This document shows, piece after piece, positions 27,784 through 38,600 of a stretch of 64,000 nt of DNA (positions are counted from its first letter, which is position 1; every line of letters starts with the position of its first letter). The stretch comes from Candidatus Latescibacterota bacterium. Its GTDB lineage: Bacteria > Latescibacterota > UBA2968. The notes beneath the pieces are model-generated. The model saw only the letters and a list, made by a program, of their open reading frames with translations. It had not been told where the DNA came from and made no database searches. The stretch covers positions 2,176,001 to 2,240,000 of the forward strand of contig OZ242320.1 of assembly GCA_965208125.1 (NCBI GenBank), read 5' to 3'. The position numbers and the translations under genes were made by a program.

Positions 27784-29121
27784 TTATGTGTCTTCGGTTT
27801 TTCGCACAATGACGCGACTGCCTTCGATTTCGATGATTGTGACGGGTGTGTCTTTGGTCAGGTATTCGCCTTCGGTCGATACGCTGATGCGGCGACCGTC
27901 AAATACGCCGGTGCCGCCGGGGCGCAGGTCTGTGAATGCGGTGCCCGATACGCCTAAAAGGTCGCTGTAGGGTGCCGCAACATATCCTTCGGATGATTTT
28001 TCTTCGGTGTCGAGTACGAGGCGGTTCCACATTCTGGAGTTCGGCAGGGATCGCAAAATGAGTATGGCGAGGACACCGGTGAGGATCACGGAGAGGAGCA
28101 AGGGGGTGAGCGCGGCGCTGATGTCGTCCCAGGTCCAGAGGTCATAGCGACCCATGAGGCTTAAGAACAGGCTGGTTAAGATTAGGATTGCCCCGGGAAT
28201 GGCGAGGAGGCCAAAGCCTATGACAAAGAACAGGTCGAGGAGGATGAGTGCAATGCCGATCAGGAAGATGAGAATTTCAGACCAGTCGGCGAGGTTGACG
28301 AGGAGGTGGCTGCCGAAAAACAGGCCCAGGCAGATTAAGCCGATGGTGCCGCCGATGCCCCAGCCCGGGCTCTGGATTTCGAAGATCAAGCCGAGAAATC
28401 CCAGGGTCATGAGCAGCGAGGCGAGGTAGGGGTTGGTGAGATAGCGCACGACTTGTTCGGCCCAGTTGGTCGATTGGTGGATGACGCTGGCCTGTACGAG
28501 GTCGTAGTGTTTGAGTACGGCGATGAGTTTTTCCGATTCGTTTTTTTCGGAGATTTTGTGGTCTGATATGCCTTGTTCAATGGCTTCTTCAGTGGTGAGG
28601 GTGAGTAGCTTGCCTTTGGGCGCCAGGCCCTCGATATCGACGTCTTCATCGACCATGGCTTCGGCCAATTTGGGGGAGCGGCCGGTTTTTTCGGCTGTGG
28701 CTTTCATTTCGTTGCGGAAGTACGAGATGATTTTTTCACTGGCTTTGTTGCCCTGCATATCGACGGCTGTGGCCGCGCCAATGGTGCCGCCTTCGACCAT
28801 GATGATGTGGTCGGTAGATAGCGCGATGAGGGCACCGGCAGATATGGCGCGGGGGTTGATGAAGGCGACGGTTTTTGTCTCGCTGTAGAGTATGGCGTCC
28901 CGGATGGTGAGCGCGGCGTCGAGGGCACCGCCAGGGGTGTCGATTTCGAAGATGACGGCTTTGACGCCCGCGTCTTCTGCGTCGTTCATGACGCGCGTGA
29001 CAAAAGCGGCTACGCCGCCTTCAATGGTGCCGCTAATTTTGGCGATGTGTACTTCTTCTGCCCGGGCGGGCAAACCGATTCCGAGAAGGAGTACTAGGAG
29101 TGTGAGTACGGGTTTCATCAA
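27784..29121 (-). CDS. nfeD: NfeD/YqeZ family membrane serine protease
   Basis: IDTPGG, AISAGALIA, AMVD, LLTLT, C-terminal OB fold TDLRPGG. Confidence 0.9.
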   Translation of the reverse strand: MMKPVLTLLVLLLGIGLPARAEEVHIAKISGTIEGGVAAFVTRVMNDAEDAGVKAVIFEIDTPGGALDAALTIRDAILYSETKTVAFINPRAISAGALIALSTDHIIMVEGGTIGAATAVDMQGNKASEKIISYFRNEMKATAEKTGRSPKLAEAMVDEDVDIEGLAPKGKLLTLTTEEAIEQGISDHKISEKNESEKLIAVLKHYDLVQASVIHQSTNWAEQVVRYLTNPYLASLLMTLGFLGLIFEIQSPGWGIGGTIGLICLGLFFGSHLLVNLADWSEILIFLIGIALILLDLFFVIGFGLLAIPGAILILTSLFLSLMGRYDLWTWDDISAALTPLLLSVILTGVLAILILRSLPNSRMWNRLVLDTEEKSSEGYVAAPYSDLLGVSGTAFTDLRPGGTGVFDGRRISVSTEGEYLTKDTPVTIIEIEGSRVIVRKTEDT

Positions 29122-29247
29122 TAGGATCCTCCATATATATATTTATGGATACCTTATATTGAGGTGGTTGTCAATGGTTTTGAAGTTTGATGCGCGAGGT
29201 GAGGGACAGGTTGCAGATGGAAAGAGATAGAAGGGCAATGGGAGCGT

Positions 29248-29325
29248 CCGTCATCGCGGCAAGGTGTAAGCCGCGATCCAGCGGGTGGTGGCAGGGTGGT
29301 GGCTGACCGCTGACTGCTGATAGCT
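29248..29325 (+). repeat. CGTC-type REP plus heptamer array
   Basis: ccgtcatcgcggc-aaggtgtaa-gccgcgatccag; gctgaccgctgactgctgatagct. Confidence 0.8.
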
Positions 29326-29387
29326 TGTTTTCCCAATGCTTGACACTATAATGCTTTTCCTGTATTTTTCCCGTCCTGATATTATGT

Positions 29388-29463
29388 GGCGGCATAGCTC
29401 AGCTGGTAGAGCAGTGGAATCATAATCCATGGGTCGGGGGTTCGAGTCCCTCTGCCGCTACCA
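29388..29463 (+). tRNA. tRNA-Met(CAT), probably elongator (Ile2 not excluded)
   Basis: ggcggca..tgccgct ACCA; anticodon loop atCATaa; lacks the initiator GGG/CCC stem. Confidence 0.92.
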
Positions 29464-29471
29464 CAAAAAAT

Positions 29472-29513
29472 AAAAAGCCTGTCAATCGGTGATGATCGAC
29501 GGGCTTTTGTTTT
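29472..29513 (+). terminator. intrinsic terminator
   Basis: aaaagcctgtc..gacgggctttt. Confidence 0.7.
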
Positions 29514-29544
29514 CCCTCTGCCAGAGTTATCTCATTCTCCATCA

Positions 29545-29610
29545 TCTCCTCCGAATACGAACCGGGAACGATGCGGTTGTTATTGAGGTAGAGGATAACG
29601 GGATTGATCT
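29545..29610 (+). pseudogene. histidine-kinase ATPase fragment
   Basis: RIRT..DAVVIEVEDNGI resembles a G1 box; very short match. Confidence 0.4.
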
Positions 29611-29711
29611 GGTGGGTGCTGGATCTTTCCGATCTGCGAGGATTTTAAAACAGCTTCTAACAAGCCCACTTTGCGTATAGATTGCGTCCTGGCGCATAAA
29701 CGCATTGTCAA

Positions 29712-32700
29712 TCACCTCTGATAGGCTTCCGCGCCAGGTAGTCCGCGGCTGAACAGCGCCTTGAGGCCCGGCTCCGATGACAGGGCATCCGCCGCGATCT
29801 TGCTGGCAACCATAGCCTTCCCCGGAACGCCGCGCAGGAAACCCCGTACCTGCCCGCTCTGAGGATTGCGCAGGATGACCATCGGACGGTCGGTATCGCT
29901 GTCCAGAGTAAAGGAGCCGCCGGGACCGGTGAGCGTGATGCTGGTCAGGTTATCCTTCCACTCGGGATCCACCGGAAGTACGAATGCGAAGCTGGAACTG
30001 CCGTCACCGTCAGCCACTTCGGGCATGCCGAAGGTCAGGGAGAACAACTCGGTATGGGTAGTGTTTCGTCCGGTGATCCGATACTGGCTGCCGAACTGCG
30101 GCAATACAGGCGGCGCGTTTACCACGAACGCGGGTTCCAGATAGGGGTTATCTTCGGCGTCTTTGCCACCCCACAGGAGGAGGGATGTGGTTGGTGTGGC
30201 CGTCGCCTCTGACGCGTTCTCATCAGCCAGGCGGAAGCGAAGTGCCTTGTCGAAGTGGTAGTCGCTGATCCAATCAGGATCGCAGTAAGTCATAAGATCT
30301 ACGTACATCGGGCCAATCAGTCTCTCGGAACTGAAGTCGTATCCCCACGCGCCGATTATTCCGTCCTGGTAAGGATAGGCCACGTCTATGCCTGATGGAA
30401 AGCCGCAGGGGGCATGTTGAAGGCTCATGTTGTGTCCCAGTTCGTGGGCGATTGTCTCTGAATTGGCGGAAGAAGTACTCGTTCGGCCGCCTAATGTACC
30501 TAGCCCCACTTTGGCTCCAGGATGGGAGAATAACGTCATATAGTGGCCTGTACCGCCCTCCATGACGCGGATCGCTGTCGCTATCGAAAGCCACTCGCCG
30601 ATGTTGTAGGTGCCTGGAGTAAACTCGACAAACACGGGTTCGTGTGCCACCACCTTCAGACCTCCTACTGGCAGTAGTGTGCGTGTATCCCGGAGCAGTT
30701 CGTGGCTTCCGGGGTCCGCGGCCATTGCTGCGACCGTTGCGACTATTGCCGAGGATGGATCCGAGGTAAACAACAACGGAATCACCGTCAGGTCGAATAC
30801 CGGCATAGCCCGCACATCGACCATCGCGCGACCATTCTCCGGTATCCGCCTCACCACGCCAAGCCCCGCATCGAGCCTCCTGTCCGGATCAATTTCAACC
30901 ACCATCTCCAGCCCTGGCTGAACCACCTCAGCAGGGATGACCGCGTTGGCCGATTTTTCAAGAGATCCCTCATCGACCGAGGTCGGAACGGGGCCTGGCT
31001 TGTCGGGGATATCTGCGATGTGCGCGAGGGCACCGTCCAGGTAGAACGAGGCCCGGACCCGGGGGATACGGTCGCCGTTGGCACGCGCGGCGGTGACGAA
31101 GACTCTCAGCAGCGCCGCCTTGTCAGCCACCAGCGAGACCGGGAACTTCCGCGACTGGACGGCCTGTACGAGATACGCTATCCTGGAGGCTTCTTCACAC
31201 AGCGCGATTCTCCGGTCAGATACGCCTTCCAGCCACTCCGGAAACTCTCCGTCGGAGGGTGCACAGAGGCCGGTGCCTCCGGCCTGGAACGTCTCGAGTG
31301 AGCCGAGCTTCGTTAGACTGGTCGGGAGAACTCCGGCGAGTCCGTTGTTCGCCAAGATCAGCACGCGCAGACGCGAAAGGTCGCCGAACTCCGGGGCGAT
31401 GGGACCCAAGAGCCTATTGCCTCCAACCGCGAGACGCCGCAACCAGGCAAGATTACCGAGTTCCGGTGGGATGGGGCCCGTCAGGCCGTTGCTGGACAGG
31501 TTCAGATTCATCAGGTTGGTGAGCCTGCCGAGTTCGGGCGGGATAGAGCCCGTCAGACCGGCTTTGGACAGATCAAGAAGTTTCAGACTGGCGAGGTTGC
31601 CGAGTTCCGGTGGGATGGGGCCCGTCAGGCCGTTGCTGGACAGGTTCAGATTCTCCAGGTTGATGAGCCTGCCGAGTTCGGGTGGAATCGAGCCGGTCAG
31701 GTGGGTATGCGACAGGTCCAGATTTTCCAGATTGGCGAGGTTGCCGAGTTCGGGTGGGATAACGCCGGACAAAGGGGTTCTAGCGAGCACTAAGGCTTTC
31801 AGGTTGGTGAGCCTGCCGAGTTCGGGCGGGATTGAGCCTGTTAGGCCGCAACCACCGAAGAAGAAGTTCTCCAGATTGGCGAGGTTGCCGAGTTCGGGCG
31901 GAATGGAGGCCGAGAGATTGAAGTTCCCGTGAAGGTTCAGTGTTTTGAGGTTGATGAGCTTGCCGAGTTCGGGTGGCAACGACCCCGACATGTCGTTGAA
32001 GTTAAGGCGCAGCACTTCCAGTTGCGTGAGATTGCCCAAGGCTCGCGGCACGGTGCCCGTCAGGTTGTTTGAGGAGAGGTCCAGAGAGGTTAGGTGAACG
32101 AGGTCACGGAGTGCAGCCGGAACAAGGCCCGTCAGATTGTTCCCAGAGAGGTCCAGTGCTGTCACCCTGTCGTCGCCGTCAGTCGTGACGCCGTACCACT
32201 CTCGAAGCGGTCTGTCCGATCCCCAGTTGTCACGACGCTTCCAATGAGGTCCGCCGACCGCATCAAACAGCGCGACGAGGACATCGCGCTCGGAAAGGGG
32301 GGTGCACTCTACCCCCGTGCCTTCGTGCGACGCAGTCATACTCAGCCACGACTGGAAGCCCGGTTCCGCCGGAGCGCACAGATCCGTGCCGTCGTAGCGA
32401 AGCACCTGAAATGGCGGGAGATCAGCCAGGCTGTTTGGCAGTCGGTCAGAGAGAGCGGAGTTGCCGCCGATACTGAGTTCGGTCAACCGCACCAGTTCGC
32501 CCAGGTTCGACGTGAGGTGTCCAGTTAGCCCGTTTCGGCTGAGGTCAATCGCCGTGACGCGGCCCAGTGAGTTGACCCGAATGCCGCGCCATGCGCCCAG
32601 GAAGTCGTCGCTGAGCCAGCCTTCGGCATCGGTCCAGCCCGACCCGCCCGCGCTCTCGTATAGAGACTCGAGCACGGCCCGGTCAGATTCGTTACATAGC

Positions 32701-34148
32701 GGGCCCTCGGCACGCGTGGTAATCCCCTCAATCCATTCGATGAAGGCAGGGGTCCCCGGCGCACATAGGCCAGCATTGTAGTCAAAATCAAGAAGCCTCA
32801 GCGGAAATTCGACGAAGCTGGCAGGCAGGGAGCTCGATAGATTATTTCCGTCTATGAGCAGTCTTTCCAAAGCCTGCAGAGCGCCGAGTTCGAGTGGGAT
32901 CGGGCCTGAGAGATTGTTGCTGTAGAGATCAAGTGTCCTGAGGTTGGTGAGGTTGCCAAGTTCGGGTGGGATCGAGCCTGAGAGATTGTTGCCATAGAGA
33001 TCAAGTGTCCTGAGGTTGGTGAGGTTGCCAAGTTCGGGTGGGATCGGACCCGAGAGGCCCCGGACGCCACCTCCGGAAAGGCGCAGATTAGTCAAGTTGA
33101 CCAGGCCACCAAGTTCGGGTGGGATCGGGCCCGAGAGAACGTTTTGGCTGAGATCAAGCATCCTGAGGTTAGTGAGGTTGCCAAGTTCGGGCGGGATCGG
33201 GCCTGAGAGAATGTTCTCCCGGAGTCGTAAGTCTTGCAGTTTGACCAGGCCACCAAGTTCGGGTGGGATCGGGCCTGAGAGAACGTTTTGGCTGAGATAA
33301 AGCATCCTGAGGTTGGTGAGGTTGCCAAGTTCGGGTGGGATGTTACCGAACAGTGCGTTCTGGTAGAGCCTCAGAATCTCGAGTTTTTCCAGATTACCTA
33401 TTTCGGGCGGGATCGGGCCTGAGAGAACGTTTCGGCTGAGATAAAGCATCCTGAGGTTGGTGAGGTTGCCAAGTTCGGGTGGGATGTTACCGAACAGTGC
33501 GTTCTGGTAGAGCCTCAGAATCTCGAGTTTTTCCAGATTACCTATTTCGGGCGGGATCGGGCCTTGCAGGTTGTTATAGCCGAGCAACAGCACTGTCAGG
33601 TTTCCGAGATCGTCGGTATCTACCCCATACCAATCGTCCAGCGGCGCGTCGGTCAGCCAGTTCGTGTTGTTCTTCCAATTGGGGCCGTCCGTCGCGTTAT
33701 ATAGTGCCACCAGCGCGGCTCTGTCCGAAGTTGGTGGTGTCTCACAGGTGGTGCCAAACACGCCGGTAAAGAGCAGAAAATCAGCGATGCCGATCTCTCC
33801 ATTGCCGTCCATATCCATAAGCGCGTTGTAATGGGCATCATCTGAAGATGTGCCAAACACATCGGTAAAGAGCAGAAAATCAGCGATGTTGACCATCCCA
33901 TTACCGTCAAAATCTCCGGGACAGATGGCCGCTTGTTGCGTAAAGGAGAGCACTGCATTGGATACATCCAGATTTTGTACGCTATCCGGGAGGGCTGATC
34001 GGGCAAGTTTGGCCTGATCAGGTGTGACCTTTCCGGGCGACATGCCCTGTACAGAAACCTGGCTCACATATACGAGTAATGCGAGGATCGCAATCAACAA
34101 CAGGCAATATTTTGACGAACGCCTGCGTGCAAATATACGGTGAGACAT
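29712..34148 (-). CDS. secreted LRR protein: dockerin-like domain + three plant-type LRR blocks + metzincin (M66-like) protease
   Basis: Hydrophobic N-terminus; DFDGNG..DF pair; many LxxLxLxxNxLSGPIPPELG units; HELGHNMSLQH and DLMTYC Met-turn. Confidence 0.9.
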   Translation of the reverse strand: MSHRIFARRRSSKYCLLLIAILALLVYVSQVSVQGMSPGKVTPDQAKLARSALPDSVQNLDVSNAVLSFTQQAAICPGDFDGNGMVNIADFLLFTDVFGTSSDDAHYNALMDMDGNGEIGIADFLLFTGVFGTTCETPPTSDRAALVALYNATDGPNWKNNTNWLTDAPLDDWYGVDTDDLGNLTVLLLGYNNLQGPIPPEIGNLEKLEILRLYQNALFGNIPPELGNLTNLRMLYLSRNVLSGPIPPEIGNLEKLEILRLYQNALFGNIPPELGNLTNLRMLYLSQNVLSGPIPPELGGLVKLQDLRLRENILSGPIPPELGNLTNLRMLDLSQNVLSGPIPPELGGLVNLTNLRLSGGGVRGLSGPIPPELGNLTNLRTLDLYGNNLSGSIPPELGNLTNLRTLDLYSNNLSGPIPLELGALQALERLLIDGNNLSSSLPASFVEFPLRLLDFDYNAGLCAPGTPAFIEWIEGITTRAEGPLCNESDRAVLESLYESAGGSGWTDAEGWLSDDFLGAWRGIRVNSLGRVTAIDLSRNGLTGHLTSNLGELVRLTELSIGGNSALSDRLPNSLADLPPFQVLRYDGTDLCAPAEPGFQSWLSMTASHEGTGVECTPLSERDVLVALFDAVGGPHWKRRDNWGSDRPLREWYGVTTDGDDRVTALDLSGNNLTGLVPAALRDLVHLTSLDLSSNNLTGTVPRALGNLTQLEVLRLNFNDMSGSLPPELGKLINLKTLNLHGNFNLSASIPPELGNLANLENFFFGGCGLTGSIPPELGRLTNLKALVLARTPLSGVIPPELGNLANLENLDLSHTHLTGSIPPELGRLINLENLNLSSNGLTGPIPPELGNLASLKLLDLSKAGLTGSIPPELGRLTNLMNLNLSSNGLTGPIPPELGNLAWLRRLAVGGNRLLGPIAPEFGDLSRLRVLILANNGLAGVLPTSLTKLGSLETFQAGGTGLCAPSDGEFPEWLEGVSDRRIALCEEASRIAYLVQAVQSRKFPVSLVADKAALLRVFVTAARANGDRIPRVRASFYLDGALAHIADIPDKPGPVPTSVDEGSLEKSANAVIPAEVVQPGLEMVVEIDPDRRLDAGLGVVRRIPENGRAMVDVRAMPVFDLTVIPLLFTSDPSSAIVATVAAMAADPGSHELLRDTRTLLPVGGLKVVAHEPVFVEFTPGTYNIGEWLSIATAIRVMEGGTGHYMTLFSHPGAKVGLGTLGGRTSTSSANSETIAHELGHNMSLQHAPCGFPSGIDVAYPYQDGIIGAWGYDFSSERLIGPMYVDLMTYCDPDWISDYHFDKALRFRLADENASEATATPTTSLLLWGGKDAEDNPYLEPAFVVNAPPVLPQFGSQYRITGRNTTHTELFSLTFGMPEVADGDGSSSFAFVLPVDPEWKDNLTSITLTGPGGSFTLDSDTDRPMVILRNPQSGQVRGFLRGVPGKAMVASKIAADALSSEPGLKALFSRGLPGAEAYQR
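33265..33564. repeat. near-identical 144-bp tandem duplication (two LRR units)
   Basis: Units start at 33265 and 33409 and differ at one visible base. Confidence 0.9.
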
Positions 34149-34282
34149 CCTTCCTCCGAGTTTGATATAGCAATGGTTCGAACACTTTTTGACAGGTCCT
34201 CAATTAGTCAAAAATCTTGAGGTTCTATAATATATCTGTCGTGAGCGACAATAGATTGGGAACTGCAAGCGGTCAAGTCCAT

Positions 34283-34328
34283 AAGGCTGGCGAGTCAATT
34301 TAATTGAATTGAGCCATCAGCCTTTTTT
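34283..34328. terminator. terminator-like hairpin
   Basis: aaggctgg..tcaatt..aattga..tcagcctttttt. Confidence 0.55.
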
Positions 34329-34340
34329 CTATGCCTCAAT

Positions 34341-34916
34341 TTAAATTTGAATCTCTTTAAAAAAGAATTTAAGTGCATCAGGCCAAAGCAATGCGCCATT
34401 GATACTTCCTACCTGTCCCCAATTCCAGGTTCCAGAATCTTTCCCCGCGCCACCTTGCAAATATAAAAATTCATAGACGTGTTCTCTAAGGCTGTCAAAA
34501 GCATAGAAACGTTGCTTAAAATCGTCGGGGTTTGGGTGGTCAAAATCAACAACAAGGGTTTCAAGTCTAAGTGCGATTGGCGTATAATCTGAAGAATAGG
34601 AATAACCCCATATATCTTTTAACTCATAGAGTGTTACCCTTTCTTTCTCACTTGGCTTTAAATCAATTACAATAGCGTAATCATTAGGCGAGGCGGATTC
34701 ACTCAAATACTGATCTATAGCTGTGCTAAGAAGGTCGTAGTCGCTCAAGTGCCATTCAAAATCACCTTGGTCTTGATTCTCTATCAACTGCCCTGTTTGT
34801 ATTAGAGAATTGTAAATGACATTCTTACCCGCAAGACGGATTCCTTCTTGCCGTATATAACTTGAGGATTCCGCATTGATACGTTCTTTTTGGTATAGAT
34901 AGAATGGCATTAACAT
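34341..34916 (-). CDS. hypothetical protein (low GC)
   Basis: 191-aa ORF with a GAAGAG-like RBS; family not recognised. Confidence 0.7.
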   Translation of the reverse strand: MLMPFYLYQKERINAESSSYIRQEGIRLAGKNVIYNSLIQTGQLIENQDQGDFEWHLSDYDLLSTAIDQYLSESASPNDYAIVIDLKPSEKERVTLYELKDIWGYSYSSDYTPIALRLETLVVDFDHPNPDDFKQRFYAFDSLREHVYEFLYLQGGAGKDSGTWNWGQVGSINGALLWPDALKFFFKEIQI

Positions 34917-35032
34917 GTCTCTTCATTTTATTTAAAACAGCAATTAAGCCTGAGAATTAAATCAGCCTAACATATTTCGCTATTTTAATGCCAGCACGGA
35001 TCGGCAACAGCATCCAAAGCAGGATAACTTCA

Positions 35033-35345
35033 CTAAAAAGACCGGGCAACGCGAAAACCGAAGAGATAGTTGGACTGGTCTTCGGCAGTAAACCAGAAGC
35101 GAAGCGCAGAACGCAAGGTCCATGGAAAGTAATACCACGAACCACCACGCAACACGCGATAAGAACAATCCCCAGATTCCCACGCAGACCCGTCAATAGG
35201 TGCGTCCCTATAGCTACCATTATAGCAGTCTTGTACCCACTCCCACACATTGCCGTGCATGTCATATAGACCCCATCTATTGGCTCTAAACGATCCCACA
35301 GGTGCTGTCTTCTCACCATCCCACTGACTGCCGCACTCATAGCAA
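35033..35345 (-). pseudogene. FGE-sulfatase (CLec-fold) domain, C-terminal fragment
   Basis: CGSQWD..TAPVGSF.AN.WGLYDMHGNVWEW..RVLRGGSW..GFRVAR; 5' part missing. Confidence 0.88.
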
Positions 35346-35685
35346 AAAGTCTTGGCACTTCAGGTCGCTCATTGTCAAATTTATACCTGCAAAAAGTGTG
35401 CCAGAGTGAGCGTTGTTCCAAACAACGATACTCGTAAAGGGTTGTTTTATAGCAAAAAAGAGAGCCAATTCTGACTATGGAATAAGACGTAATACCGTCT
35501 CAAAACAATTGGATTAGCTCTGATATTAGTCGGTATATCGACTACTGAGTCATTATACCGACCACAAACTATATTACATTCGTGATATTTGAATTGGGAT
35601 ATTCGGCAATTATGTTTATTATTTAGTCGCACATGTGAGATACACTATGGATCTGTATTTTTACTCATATCATAAGGTTCTTTCC

Positions 35686-38600
35686 ATGACCAAACCACTT
35701 GACCGCACGGGTACCTGGCGGACTTATTCCATGGCCGATGGCCTGGCAGGGATGCGTATTGAACACATTGCCGAGGACAACGCGGGTTATCTCTGGTTCG
35801 CCACATGGGATAATGGCGTCAGTCGTTTCGATGGGGACGAATTTCAGAATTTTACCAAACAGGACGGTCTTATTGATGATCGTACTTATTTTGTTTCACA
35901 AGACAGTCAGAATCGGTTGTGGATCGGTACAGAAAATGGCGTATGCTGGTACGACGGAGCAGATTTCCACCATTTGGAGGACGAGGGGATTGCAGGTCGT
36001 GCTGTGCAGTTCATTTATGAAGACCGTGAGGATCGTATATGGTGTGGTGGTCACAGGACTATGGGGTATTACGACGGTACATCCTTCCACGATTTGATTA
36101 CGCTCTACCTGAAAGACTACGATAAACCACCTTCTCCTGAGTGGCCCCAGCAATGTCGGGGCATTGTTCAGGATCCGGAAGGCCACATGTGGTTTGGCTT
36201 TGACTACCTCATCCGTTTCGATGGCACATCCTTCCACCGCTATGAAGAGCAAGAGGGTTTTCCTCAACGCCTGACGAGCTATGCCATAGGTCAGGACAAT
36301 ACAGGCAAGGTGTGGGTTGGTCAGAGCGGACAGCAGAACAAACTCTGGTGCTATGCCGATGGCAACTTCCGTTCTGTTCAGGTAGATTTTGAGGGGGGGA
36401 TACGCAAAACTCAAAGTGACCGTGAAGGTCGGATGTGGTTTTGCACTTCAGAAGAGGTGCTCTATCAGGACGGTGAAGGGTTTAGCAGGTTTACCGTTGC
36501 CGATGGATTACCCGATCCCGCAGTTAAAGCCATGTTCCAGGATCGCGATCATCAGTTCTGGTTTGCCACCTGGGGAGGCGTTGGACTTTACGATGCGAGT
36601 ATCAGTATTTTTGACCTCAGTGCGGAGATCTCTAAAGCTAAAGGCGTGAGCGAGATCTCGCAGATTGTGCAAGACCGGAAAGGTGATATATGGGTCGGAT
36701 CCATATCTCCACATTTCACCTATCTAAGTAAAAGCGTCTTTCGCCTGGAGGACGAGCACTTTGAACACGTAAGCACTGAAGATAGCTCTGATATCAACAA
36801 CTGTTACGCCATCTACGAGGATCGCGATGGATGCCTGTGGTTTGGCGGCCGCAATGGCCTGTTCCACTACGAAGGGCAAAAGCTAAAAAGAATAGAAACA
36901 ATTATTGGCTCAGGCAAAAGCAGTGTCAGTGCAATCGCACAGGATTCACAAGGGCAATTCATTTTTGGGCATTGGGAGAGCAATTCTGGAAGAAGAGAAG
37001 CTCTTTTTGTCGATCCATTAAAGATTGTTTACCAGCAAGGCGAGCAGTCCCAAACCATTTATTTTGAAGATAAAGATAAAGATAAAGATCCTTTCAGTCG
37101 TATTGGCACTGTGATTTCTGGGCGCAATGGTGAGGTTTATTTTTATCTTGCGTACCAAAATTTCTCCGATGACTACAAGGGTCTCGCGTGCTGGCATCCC
37201 GAAGATGGTTTCAAATTTTATGGGGGTGAAGATGGGCTGATAGATGATAGGGTCACAGACTTGCTATTAGACCGCAATGGCAACCTGTGGGTCGCTACGA
37301 GAAGCGGTCTGTGTTGCTTTGATGGCAGCACCTTCTGCACCTTCACCACTGAAGACGGCTTGCCGAGCAACCGCATCCATTGTTTACTTGAGGACCGGCA
37401 AGGCCACCTCTGGCTCGGCACAGATGGGGGTGTGGCTCACTACAATGGTCAGCTTTTCCAGACGATCAACTCACCGCATATAGGACCCGTTCTTCAAATA
37501 CTCGAAGATCGCGATGGCGCCTTCTATTTTGGTACCGTCCAAAATTCTCTGGTGCGCTACCGCCCACGACAGATACCACCTGCGGTTCGTCTGCTGCAGG
37601 TCGTTGCCGATCAGATCTATGAGAATTTAGAAGAAGTCATATCGTCCACGACAGACCAGAATGTGACATTCGAGTATAAGGGCCTGAGTTTTTCCACCCA
37701 TCCTCGCGACATGCTCTATGTATATCGCTTGAAAGGATACGACTCTGACTGGCAACCAGCGACCCGAAAGATGCGGGCGCATTACCTGGACCTGCCACCG
37801 GGAGACTATATGTTCCAGGTCAGGGCGATAGATCGCGACCTCAATTACTCAGAGATCGCGCAGGTGCGACTTTCAGTAGAGCCGGATCTGCGTATCGAAG
37901 CCTTTACGGATGTCATCAACCGTCAAGGCAGCCAGAAGTTTATCGGGCATAGCGCGGCTCTGCGCCAGTTTCAAAGCAATCTTGAAAAAATTGCATCTAC
38001 CGATATCACCGTGCTGATTCTGGGCGAAACAGGGGTGGGCAAGGGACTGGCAGCACGGGTGTTACACGCGCTGAGTGCCAATAGCGATGGTCCCTTTATA
38101 GAAGTTAGTTGCGGTGCATTGCCCGGAGCGTTGATCGACAGTGAGTTGTTTGGTCACGAGAAGGGGGCTTTTACCAGCGCAGTGTCCCGTAGATTGGGCA
38201 GGGTAGAACTGGCAAAGGATGGCACACTCTTTCTGGATGAGATTGGCGATATGGCTCTTGAAACGCAGGTCAAGCTGTTGCGCTTGCTGGAAGAGGGCAG
38301 GTTTGAGCGGGTTGGAAGTAGCGAGACACGGATGGCAAAGACGCGCATTGTGGCAGCGACGAATCGCGACTTAAAGGAGATGGTCAGCAGGGGTGATTTC
38401 CGCGCGGACCTCTATTACCGCCTCAATGCCTTTCTGATGTATTTGCCGCCCCTGCGCGAGCGCAAAGAGGATATCCCGGAGTTGGCCGAGTATTTTAAGA
38501 CTCGCATGGCAGCACATTTGGGCAAGCAAATAGCTCCCTTGACAGCAGAGGTTATTGAGGTGCTACAAAGTTACAATTGGCCAGGCAATGTGCGGGAATT

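Noticed and set aside
31400-33600. Regularly spaced repeats resembling a CRISPR array (also 26277-26423 and 49250-50020)
   Set aside because: They are in-frame coding repeats with no unique spacers, and there are no cas genes.
34169-34186. Possible sigma54 promoter for the LRR gene (TGTTCGAACCATTGCT, minus strand)
   Set aside because: The -24 element is GT rather than GG; too degenerate to call.
35033-35345. FGE fragment as the sulfatase-maturing enzyme
   Set aside because: It is truncated and lacks the catalytic CxxxC-type motif after RGGS.
34957-35421. 154-aa minus-strand ORF
   Set aside because: An alternative frame across the FGE fragment; the FGE motifs are in another frame.
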